A stretch of 64,000 bases of DNA, from the NCBI GenBank assembly GCA_965200495.1, contig CBDAUG010000002.1:198623-262622 (forward strand), written 5' to 3'. This document shows positions 19,701 through 27,230 of the stretch, one piece after another (the stretch's first letter is position 1; each line of letters begins with the position of its first letter). The notes beneath the pieces are model-generated. The model saw nothing but the letters and a program-made list of their open reading frames with translations. It made no database searches and was not told the origin of the DNA. Both the position numbers and the translations under genes were made by a program. Origin of the DNA: Alphaproteobacteria bacterium. Its GTDB lineage: Bacteria; Pseudomonadota; Alphaproteobacteria; SP197.

Positions 19701-20254
19701 ATGGCCGGCGGAAAGACATCGAGAATGTCGCCCCGCGCCGCACAGTCCCCCTTCTCCATGACCACGCTTGTTCCGGAGTAGCCCATGGCAAGAAGCTCGC
19801 GAAAGAGTGTAACCGGATCGGTCTTGTCGCCCTTGCGAAGGTGCCGGCGCCGGCCATGCCACACCGTGCGTGGCGGAACCCGCTGCAGAATCGCCCGCGC
19901 GGTGGTCAGTACGATCAATCCACCGGAATCCCCGGTCCTCTCACACAGATCACCCATGAGCGCGAGCCGGACCCCGGCCACCGCCGGATGTGGCGACACC
20001 CTGTCGTAGGGAAGACAGTCCCAGGCGGGAAAGAGCCGTGTGCGACCGCCAGCGCCAAGGAACGACAGCACACCGCCCAGCCGCCGGGCCCGCTGCTCGT
20101 CGCCGAGAACCATCAGGATATCCCGGTCGGGGTGGCGCTGATGCAGGCTTGCGAGCAAGACCGCGTCAGCCCCCTCCGGAACACCCGATACGGTGTTCAG
20201 AACGCCGGATCTTAATGAATCAACGAGATGCTCCTGCAAAATGTCACTGTGCAT
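16724..20254 (-). CDS. mfd: transcription-repair coupling factor
   Basis: 1176 aa. Helicase motifs GDVGFGKTEVA and DEEQQFGV, a UvrB-homology N-terminus and a CarD-like domain. Confidence 0.95.
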   Translation of the reverse strand: MHSDILQEHLVDSLRSGVLNTVSGVPEGADAVLLASLHQRHPDRDILMVLGDEQRARRLGGVLSFLGAGGRTRLFPAWDCLPYDRVSPHPAVAGVRLALMGDLCERTGDSGGLIVLTTARAILQRVPPRTVWHGRRRHLRKGDKTDPVTLFRELLAMGYSGTSVVMEKGDCAARGDILDVFPPAMAEPARLDFFGDEVTGMRTFDPLTQRSTGTLESLSIDPASELALDSASIKRFRDHWRELFGMTSLSDPVYESALEGVRTPGMEHWLGLFYQTLDAFPGYLGNDWILTFTGDVEDALRAHLDTVDDHFEHRVSEKGDDGLAYHAPPPDELYLSIDDWSAMAQSRTAIRLLADTPDAPSQEVIDAGGVRSRDFALERMNVRLQLFDSVARHIADERSRGRRVMVAALAEASQANLAAMLESHGVDDVVRAGQEDWSRAPDSSIPVVVLPLEHGFVTGSFSVVAEQDIVGDRITTPRRRRAKRDAERFLLEVSQLAEGDYVVHIDHGIGVFEGLDTIVIGGAPHDCLRIHYAGGDALLVPVENIDTLSRYGSHDARVQLDRLGSAAWQARQARLANRIEEMAGELLKTASERLMQSGPVIRLDEETYTEFCSHFAFQETEDQAKAIDEVFDDLASGRAMDRLVCGDVGFGKTEVALRAALATVLAGYQVALVAPTTLLARQHHETLVERFRHLPVNIALLSRLVPSGEATATRKGMASGTVDIVVGTHALLSHTISFANLGLLVIDEEQQFGVAHKERLKQLKSNVHVLTLTATPIPRTLQMALSGVRDLSLIVTPPVDRLAIRTFVGTYDSVTVREAIRRERMRGGQTYVVCPRTADLARMRKDLHKLVPDARIATAHGKLDPDSLESIMTAFYDGQIDVLVTTTIIQSGLDIPNANTMIIHRCDRFGLGQLYQLRGRIGRSRARAYAYITLPPGMKPGKDAMRRLKALSEMDSLGAGFSLASRDLEIRGAGNLLGREQSGHIREVGVELYQQMIEEAVAKVRAEREGRSQETRHSWSPEVGLGSAVLIPDTWVRDLDVRLALYRRIAALDERAQIDDLRDELVDRFGDLPEEADNLLRIIAIKGDCRRAGIARLDAGPRGAVVAFHGEACVEPERLITWIAEQGEHVRMRPDQTLVVSAPWEKVKDRLDGAERLASQLCAVARGGDKTAQHIG

Positions 20255-20516
20255 GAAATGTTCTGATCCGTCGTATCAAGTTCCTGAAGGCGCCGGCAGC
20301 CGCGTCATCGCCGCCGGTGACCCATGCCTGGATGAGGGGGTCCGGGCACCCGAGAAACGCGGCAAACTCCTCAAGCTCGTTCTCGTTCATTGCTTCGAGA
20401 GCATGTTCGGCATATCGCCCCAGCAACAGATCAAGTTCACGAGAACCGCGGCGCGAGGCGCGATAATGAAGCCGTTGCAGACGTGCCTTGCTGTCATCCG
20501 TCATGCGCTGCGCCAA
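20244..20516 (-). CDS. sdhE: succinate dehydrogenase flavinylation factor SdhE (SDHAF2 family)
   Basis: 90 aa. RLHYRASRRGSRELDLLL contains the RGxxE motif. Confidence 0.8.
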   Translation of the reverse strand: MAQRMTDDSKARLQRLHYRASRRGSRELDLLLGRYAEHALEAMNENELEEFAAFLGCPDPLIQAWVTGGDDAAAGAFRNLIRRIRTFHAQ

Positions 20517-20592
20517 TCCCGGGGTGGCTTCGTCTACAGCGTGATGAACATGATGTCACGGACACTGTCGCCCCGGTGTATGCTCTGCCGTC

Positions 20593-22677
20593 ATGAGACC
20601 GGAGATTCTCTTTGGGCTGTTCGAGCAGGTGACAGCTCTTCCAGGTGTCGGCCGCCGGACTGCTTCCCTGATTGCAGAGTTGGCCGGTCCCAGAATCGTG
20701 GATCTCCTCTGGCGCCTTCCAACGTCCATCATCAATCGCCGGCAACTTGCCGATCTCGGAGAGGCGGTCCCGGGCAGCCTGGTCAGTGTCCATGTGACGG
20801 TGGAGCGCCACAGGCGTCCCGGAACACCCCGCCATCCCTGGAGAATCGTGACCGCAGACGATACCGGCGGGAAACTCGAACTCGTCTACTTCCGCGCCCG
20901 CGAGCCGTGGCTTCAGCAGCTTCTCCCTGCCGGCTCACGCAGATTGGTCAGTGGCCGGATCGAGCAATTTGCCGATCGCCTGCAAATGGTCCATCCCGAT
21001 CACGTCGCGACACCCGGCGACGGCGACGATCTTCCTCGCCTGGAACCCGTTTATTCCCTCGTGGACGGTCTCGGTGCGCCGACCATGCGACGGATCATCT
21101 CACTGGCGCTGGAACGCAGGCCGGATCTGCCCGAGTGGCAGGACCCGGCATGGCTTGAACAGAACGGCTGGCCTTCATGGTCAGATGCCGTCAGGCGCGT
21201 CCACCAGCCACGGGATCTTGATGAACTGGCCGGGGATCCGGGAGCACGTGATCGCCTCGCGTTTGACGAACTCCTCGGCAACCAGCTCGCCCTGGCTCTG
21301 GTGAGGGCCCGACGGCGATCGACGCGTGGCCGTTCAATCAGGGGCGATGGCCGCCTGCGCAGAGCAGTCGCAGACGCCCTGCCCTTCCGCATGACCCAGG
21401 CACAGATCGACGCTCTCCGCGACATCATCCTCGATGTCGAGGCGCCTTTTCCCATGCTGCGTCTCCTGCAGGGCGATGTTGGAAGCGGCAAGACATTGGT
21501 GGCCGTACAGGCCATGCTGACGGCGGCGGAGGCCGGCCATCAGGCGGCGTTGCTGGCGCCCACGGAACTTCTCGCCCGGCAACACCATCGCACCATCGTC
21601 GAGGCGACCCGAAACACGGGTCTTGACGTTGCCCTTCTCACCGGACGCGACCGGGGAGCAAGGCGTCATGCCAGTCTCCTGCGAGTCGCCAACGGGACAT
21701 CCCAACTGGTTGTCGGCACCCATGCCCTGCTCTCCGAAGACACCGAATTCCATGATCTGGCGTTCATCGTCGTCGATGAACAGCACCGCTTCGGCGTTCA
21801 TCAGCGCATTGCCCTGGCGGCCAAGGGACAGGCCGTCGATACCCTTGTCATGACGGCCACGCCGATACCGCGAACCCTGCAGATGACGGGCTATGGCGGA
21901 CTCGATGTCACGCACCTTGACGCGCGGCTGCCGGGACGCCGGGAGATCGCCACACGGGCCATGCCAACCACACGCCTCGACGACGTGGTGTCAGCTCTTG
22001 GTCGCGCCATCGGTCTTGGCGGACGGATCTACTGGATCTGTCCGGTCATCGAACGAAGCGAATCCGGCGAAACGGTCGCGGCCGAAGATCGCTATCGTCA
22101 TCTTGCCGGGATCTTCGGAGAACGCGTCGGCATTGTCCACGGACGCATGAACGCCGCTGACAGGGACGATGTCATGGAGAAATTCACCCGTGGCGACGTT
22201 GCTGTCCTTGTGGCAACGACAGCTGTCGAGGTTGGTCTCGACGTCAGTGAGGCTACCGTCATGGTGATCGAGCATGCCGAGCGCTTTGGTCTCGCACAAC
22301 TGCACCAGCTCCGCGGCCGGGTCGGACGCGGCAGCACCCCGTCATCGTGTCTGCTGCTCTATGCTCCTCCCCTCAACGAAACTGCGCGCAAGAGGATCGA
22401 CATCCTCAGACACAGCCATGACGGCTTCGAGATTGCCGAGGAGGACCTGCGTCTGCGTGGAGGGGGAGAACTGCTGGGCGCCAGGCAAAGCGGTTTGCCG
22501 AAGTTTCGTTTGGCCGACCAGCACGCGGTATCACGGTTTCTTCAGATCGCCCAGGATGACGCCCGACTCATCCTTGCCCGTGATCCGGATCTCGAGAGTG
22601 AACGCGGCCGCGCCCTGACAATCCTGCTCCATCTCTTTGAGCGACAGGACGCTGTCAGGCTCCTCGCATCGGGGTGA
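20593..22677 (+). CDS. recG: ATP-dependent DNA helicase RecG
   Basis: 694 aa. Wedge domain, then GDVGSGKT, DEQHRFG and QLHQLRGRVGRG. Confidence 0.95.
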   Translation: MRPEILFGLFEQVTALPGVGRRTASLIAELAGPRIVDLLWRLPTSIINRRQLADLGEAVPGSLVSVHVTVERHRRPGTPRHPWRIVTADDTGGKLELVYFRAREPWLQQLLPAGSRRLVSGRIEQFADRLQMVHPDHVATPGDGDDLPRLEPVYSLVDGLGAPTMRRIISLALERRPDLPEWQDPAWLEQNGWPSWSDAVRRVHQPRDLDELAGDPGARDRLAFDELLGNQLALALVRARRRSTRGRSIRGDGRLRRAVADALPFRMTQAQIDALRDIILDVEAPFPMLRLLQGDVGSGKTLVAVQAMLTAAEAGHQAALLAPTELLARQHHRTIVEATRNTGLDVALLTGRDRGARRHASLLRVANGTSQLVVGTHALLSEDTEFHDLAFIVVDEQHRFGVHQRIALAAKGQAVDTLVMTATPIPRTLQMTGYGGLDVTHLDARLPGRREIATRAMPTTRLDDVVSALGRAIGLGGRIYWICPVIERSESGETVAAEDRYRHLAGIFGERVGIVHGRMNAADRDDVMEKFTRGDVAVLVATTAVEVGLDVSEATVMVIEHAERFGLAQLHQLRGRVGRGSTPSSCLLLYAPPLNETARKRIDILRHSHDGFEIAEEDLRLRGGGELLGARQSGLPKFRLADQHAVSRFLQIAQDDARLILARDPDLESERGRALTILLHLFERQDAVRLLASG

Positions 22678-22834
22678 GAGCGATCATGCATCACGACCGC
22701 CGCACGGCGATCGTGCCGCACGCGTGGTTGGGCGGATGCCCGGCCTGCCGGTGACGGCATCCCTGATGGTGGCCTTCATGTTTGCGGACCATGACGCGTT
22801 CTCGCCGGTCCGCCGGGCGAGCGATGCTGCCGCG

Positions 22835-23818
22835 TCAGCCGTTTTGCCAGATCGGCGCCGTGAGGTCGTTCCATGTGTGGAACTGGGAGACGATGTACGT
22901 GCAGTAGAGGACCAGCAGCAGCAGTCCCTCGCGGCGGCGCAGGGGCCAGCCGACGAGCAGCAGCGCCACCAGGGCAAGCGTCATTGCGCCGAGCGCCCAG
23001 AGGTCGAAGTCGACGATCTTCGCGGAGAAGGGCACGGGCGCCACGAGTGCCGTGGCGCCGAGGATGCCGAAGAGGTTGAAGATGTTGCTGCCGATGACAT
23101 TGCCGATGCAGATGGTGGCCTGCCGGCGCCAGGCGGCGACCGTCGCCGTGGCGATTTCCGGCAGTGACGTGCCGACCGCCACGAGGGTGAGCCCGATCAC
23201 CTCGTCGGCCACCCCGGCCGCACGCGCCAGCACGGTCGCTGCGTCGACCAGCAGTTCCGCCCCGGCCGTCACCGACAGCAGACCGCCGGCGACACACCCC
23301 AGTATCAGCCACAGGCGGGTGGGCAGTCCGCCCATCGACTCCGCTTCCTCGCGGTGACGCTGCGCGACGCCGTCGGCTCCGGCGCCCTGCCACAGGGAGA
23401 GGGCGAGATAGCCCGCGAGGGCGGCCATCATCAGCGCGCCTTCGCCGGCATCCGCCGCACCGCCAAGGGCCACGATGATGAAGACCGCGGTGAAGACCGC
23501 CATGACCAGGCCGTCACGCCGCACGACGCGCGGACTGACGGCCAGGGGAAAGACCAGCGCCGCCAGGCCGAGGATCAGCATCATGTTCGCCAGGTTGCTG
23601 CCGATGACGTTGCCGACCGCGAGACCGGGAGCGCCGGCCAGCGCGGCGTTGATGCTGACGAGAAGCTCGGGCAGCGAGGTGCCAAAGCCGACGATGGTCA
23701 GACCGATCACCAGTGGCGGCACGGCGAAGCGCCGGGCGAGCGCGACAGACCCCCGGACCACCGCCTCGCCGCCGACAATGAGGAGCACGAAACCGGCAAC
23801 GAGGGAGACAAGGATCAT
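22835..23818 (-). CDS. Ca2+/Na+ antiporter (CaCA, YrbG type)
   Basis: Two alpha-repeat motifs, GFGTSLPELLVS and AVGTSLPEIATA. About 10 TM segments. Confidence 0.85.
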   Translation of the reverse strand: MILVSLVAGFVLLIVGGEAVVRGSVALARRFAVPPLVIGLTIVGFGTSLPELLVSINAALAGAPGLAVGNVIGSNLANMMLILGLAALVFPLAVSPRVVRRDGLVMAVFTAVFIIVALGGAADAGEGALMMAALAGYLALSLWQGAGADGVAQRHREEAESMGGLPTRLWLILGCVAGGLLSVTAGAELLVDAATVLARAAGVADEVIGLTLVAVGTSLPEIATATVAAWRRQATICIGNVIGSNIFNLFGILGATALVAPVPFSAKIVDFDLWALGAMTLALVALLLVGWPLRRREGLLLLVLYCTYIVSQFHTWNDLTAPIWQNG

Positions 23819-24047
23819 GGGTCAGCCATCGCCAGGCAGGGATCGGGAAAGGCGCTTGGGCGCGGCCCGGCCACGCCGCCGCCGACTGATATAGAACGCA
23901 GGAGCACCGGGTGCCAGACAACCTCAACCCTGCCGCCCGTGCGCCTTCCGCGGCTGCGCAAACAAATGACCCCCGCAAGGCCGTCATCTTGCGCCATTGA
24001 CGGAGACCATGGAACCGGCGCGGATCCTGGCACCGGCGAAGACGCCG

Positions 24048-24083
24048 GACACGGGGGATGCCGACGACACGGGGGATGCCGAC
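24048..24083. repeat. perfect 18-bp tandem duplication in an intergenic region
   Basis: GACACGGGGGATGCCGAC occurs twice back to back (24048-24065 and 24066-24083). Confidence 0.9.
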
Positions 24084-24520
24084 AAGGGGCGCGGAGCCAA
24101 CCGGCGGCACGCCACTTGCCGCCGTGGGCGCCATGAGGCACATTCCGACGCGGGCCTGCCATGAACGCAAAACCAGTCATGAGTGCTGCGGAGCACTTGC
24201 CCCGGGCCATGAAGCAGTGTTTCAGAGAAAACCGATCCAAGGACGACGCGCGTAACCGGATGTGGACACTCGTCGACCAGCTGAGCCGGACTGCATTGCA
24301 AGACCCTCACCGCGCGTCACCCGGCGTTGCGGACGCGCGGTTGGCCGGCGCCCGTGTCACGTTGCTGTTCCGTGAACCATGATGGACGGCGGCATTTGCA
24401 GGCATGACTGTCCGGCGGTCGCCGGATGTCCGGGTTCGTTGACAACTGAACCCGACTCCTGACGCACCGCGGTCAAGGACTGGACAGCGTGGTGAACGAC
24501 TGACGAACCGGGAGACTTGT

Positions 24521-25741
24521 ATGCCGATCCGTGCCATCCGCGAGTTTGTGCAACACGAGACGACCGCGGGGTTCCTTCTGTTCGCGGCGGCTGCCGTGGC
24601 GATCCTGCTGGCCAACACGGCCCTTGCGCCGATCTACGGACATTTGCTGGACGTCCGGCTCGCCATCCAGGTCGGGGATGGCGGCCTGGCAAAGCCTCTG
24701 CTGTTGTGGATCAACGATGGCTTGATGGCCGTCTTCTTCCTGCTCGTCGGCCTCGAGATCAAGCGCGAATTCGTTGAAGGGCAGCTTTCCACCAGAAGAC
24801 AGGCCGTGCTGCCCTTCGTCGGGGCCATCGGCGGTATAGCCGTGCCGGCGGCGATCTACGTCTATTTCAACGCGGGCCATGATTCCCTGACCTTGAATGG
24901 CTGGGCGATTCCGGTGGCCACCGACATCGCGTTTGCTCTTGCCATCCTCGCTCTGGTCGGAAGCCGCGCTCCGCTCTCCCTCAAGGTTCTGCTGACCGCC
25001 ATCGCGATCATTGATGATCTGGGCGCCATCATCATTATCGCTCTCTTCTATACCGATCAGCTCTCGCTGGAAGTGATCGAAGGCGCCGTGGCCTGCATCG
25101 TGGCCTTGATTGTTCTGAACCGCTGCGGTGTCGAGCGGACGGCTGCCTATGTTCTGGTCGGCGCCGCGCTCTGGGTGTTCGTGTTGAAGATCGGCGTGCA
25201 TGCAACCCTTGCGGGTGTCATGGTGGCCATGGCGGTACCGGTGCGCAGCCGGCGCGACCGGGAACACTCTCCACTGAAGACATTCGAGCATGGTCTCCAC
25301 CCCTGGGTGGCCTACGGCATCCTTCCGGTGTTCGCATTTGCGAACGCCGGTGTGTCATTCTCCGGGGTGTCGCTTTCTTCGCTGCTTGAGCCGGTCCCGC
25401 TCGGTATCGCCGCGGGGTTGTTTCTGGGCAAGCAGATCGGTGTGTTCCTGCCGATGCTGGCGGCCGTACGCCTCGGCATCGCGGACAAGCCGGAGGGAGC
25501 GACCTGGACGCAGATCTACGGCATTGCGCTGATATGCGGAGTCGGCTTCACCATGAGCCTCTTTATCGGCAGCCTGGCCTTCGAGAATCCTGCTGATGAT
25601 CAGGGCTTTGCGGCCCCCATACGTCTGGGCGTGATTGCCGGATCGATCCTGTCCGGCGTGTTCGGCTACGTGCTTGTCCGGTTCGGCGCCCCCCGCGACA
25701 CTGGAGAATTGTCCCGCCAACGACCATCGCACGAGGCCTGA
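24521..25741 (+). CDS. nhaA: Na+/H+ antiporter NhaA
   Basis: 406 aa. Conserved WINDGLMAVFF and IIDDLGAIIIIALFYT (paired Asp). Confidence 0.95.
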   Translation: MPIRAIREFVQHETTAGFLLFAAAAVAILLANTALAPIYGHLLDVRLAIQVGDGGLAKPLLLWINDGLMAVFFLLVGLEIKREFVEGQLSTRRQAVLPFVGAIGGIAVPAAIYVYFNAGHDSLTLNGWAIPVATDIAFALAILALVGSRAPLSLKVLLTAIAIIDDLGAIIIIALFYTDQLSLEVIEGAVACIVALIVLNRCGVERTAAYVLVGAALWVFVLKIGVHATLAGVMVAMAVPVRSRRDREHSPLKTFEHGLHPWVAYGILPVFAFANAGVSFSGVSLSSLLEPVPLGIAAGLFLGKQIGVFLPMLAAVRLGIADKPEGATWTQIYGIALICGVGFTMSLFIGSLAFENPADDQGFAAPIRLGVIAGSILSGVFGYVLVRFGAPRDTGELSRQRPSHEA

Positions 25742-25845
25742 AACCGACGCTGACATGCAACCCCGATGGCGGCGGGATACGCAGGGGAACAGGCATGAAG
25801 ACTGACAGGGTGACGCTGCGATGGCGTGCAGCAGGCGTAAAGCGC

Positions 25846-26523
25846 TCAGCGTCTGCTGGCGCCGACCATATCGGGTGTGACCACGCCACCTGAAATCACA
25901 AGCTTGATGCCCTGTTCAACGGTCATGTCGAGAAAGACCACGTCTTTCTTGGGCAAAAACAGCAGGTAGCCTGATGTTGGATTGGGTGTTGTCGGCAGGA
26001 AGACATTGACGACATCGTCGCCGATGGCATCCCTGACTTCACCCTTTGCGGACCCGGTGGCAAACCCGATCGCCCAGCACCCCGGCCGCGGCCACGAAAT
26101 CAGCACGACATCGCGAAAAGCCCTGGAATCGTGGGAAAAGACGGTTTCGAAGATCTGCTTGAACACCGCGTAGACAGAACGGATCACGGGCATGCGTTCG
26201 AGCAGCCGCTCTCCCAGGCCGACCACGGTGCGGCCGATCAGTCCGGTGGCCAGCCAGCCGATAAGGGTGATCGTGACCACGAAGATGGCCACACCGATGC
26301 CCGGCACGGCAAAGGGCAGGTGATTTTTTGGATTCCAGGTCTCGCCAAGCAGCGGCAGCATGTTCTCGTCGATGAACCCGACGATGAACGTCACGAGATA
26401 GACAGTCAGGGCCAGCGGCGCGACGACGATGATACCGGTAATGAAATAGGCCCTCAGGCGCGCCCACATCCTGCGTCTGGGCTGTTCCGGCGGAGGTTGT
26501 TGCGCGTTGGTCATGTGCCGCAT
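25846..26523 (-). CDS. DUF502-family membrane protein
   Basis: Two N-terminal TM helices, then RMPVIRSVY..GYLLFLP, characteristic of DUF502. Start is uncertain (GTG 26538, ATG 26523 or ATG 26514). Confidence 0.8.
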   Translation of the reverse strand: MRHMTNAQQPPPEQPRRRMWARLRAYFITGIIVVAPLALTVYLVTFIVGFIDENMLPLLGETWNPKNHLPFAVPGIGVAIFVVTITLIGWLATGLIGRTVVGLGERLLERMPVIRSVYAVFKQIFETVFSHDSRAFRDVVLISWPRPGCWAIGFATGSAKGEVRDAIGDDVVNVFLPTTPNPTSGYLLFLPKKDVVFLDMTVEQGIKLVISGGVVTPDMVGASRR

Positions 26524-26534
26524 CTCCTCACCGG

Positions 26535-27230
26535 TCACGATTCAATCCATGCGGGCCGGACCAGACGGTCGCCCGGTATACACCGCATTGTCCTGCTCCC
26601 GACAAGCCAGACATTGAAACCCGCCGGGAACAGTCCGGAAAAAGCCCTTTCGTGAACATCAAGCCCGCCCGCATAGGCGCCAAAGGCCGGAAGGATGATC
26701 CGCCTGCCGTCGCTGGCAAAGCAACGGCGTCGAATCCTCGTCCCCTTCGGGGCAATGATCGCCGAAGGATGGAGGTGTCCCGAAACCTCGCCTGACACCA
26801 TAGCGCATGACGGTTCGTGGCGGAATGTGAGTCTGCCTTTCGTGAAGGTCGCCATGGCGCGCCCGGAGAGCATGGCAGGCGGCTCCGGGTCGTGATTGCC
26901 GGCAATCCAGATCCAGTCGCGCCCGCGGGCCAGCTGCGTCAAGGCCTCCAGCGAGGCCTGCTCCAGCCCGCGGACGGCCTCGGCGTCGTGAAAACTGTCA
27001 CCGAGACAGACGACACACTCTGGCTGAAGGCGGGCGATAGCCTCGGCAAGACGCCGGACGGTGGCGGTGGTGTCATGGGGAGGCAGCAGCGATCCATGAC
27101 GGGCAAAGGCCTTCCCCTTGCCAAGATGGAGGTCGGCAACCGCAAGAAGCCGCGCCTCGGCCCAGTGGAGAACACCGGAGGAGTCCGGCTGCAGAACCTC
27201 GCCGTTGACGATCACGGAGTGACGCCACAT
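26535..27230 (-). CDS. pdeM: ligase-associated DNA damage response metallophosphoesterase PdeM
   Basis: Motifs VADLHLGKG, LGDSFHD and AGNHD. Lies directly downstream of, and overlaps, the Lhr-type helicase gene. Confidence 0.8.
   Translation of the reverse strand: MWRHSVIVNGEVLQPDSSGVLHWAEARLLAVADLHLGKGKAFARHGSLLPPHDTTATVRRLAEAIARLQPECVVCLGDSFHDAEAVRGLEQASLEALTQLARGRDWIWIAGNHDPEPPAMLSGRAMATFTKGRLTFRHEPSCAMVSGEVSGHLHPSAIIAPKGTRIRRRCFASDGRRIILPAFGAYAGGLDVHERAFSGLFPAGFNVWLVGSRTMRCIPGDRLVRPAWIES

Noticed and set aside
24048-24083. Possible CRISPR or other repeat array (tandem repeats at 24048, 33674, 39231 and 60707).
   Set aside because: Each has only 2-3 units. The 24048 and 33674 repeats are contiguous units with no spacers, and the 39231 and 60707 repeats are just two copies. 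No cas genes are present, so none is a CRISPR array.
24161-24382. 73-codon ORF (MNAKPVMSAAEHLPRAMKQCFRENRSKDDARNRMW..) in the nhaA upstream region as a small regulator gene.
   Set aside because: It has no recognisable domain or SD sequence. Its third-position G+C bias is weaker than in neighbouring genes. It is mentioned in the leader finding rather than reported as a feature.
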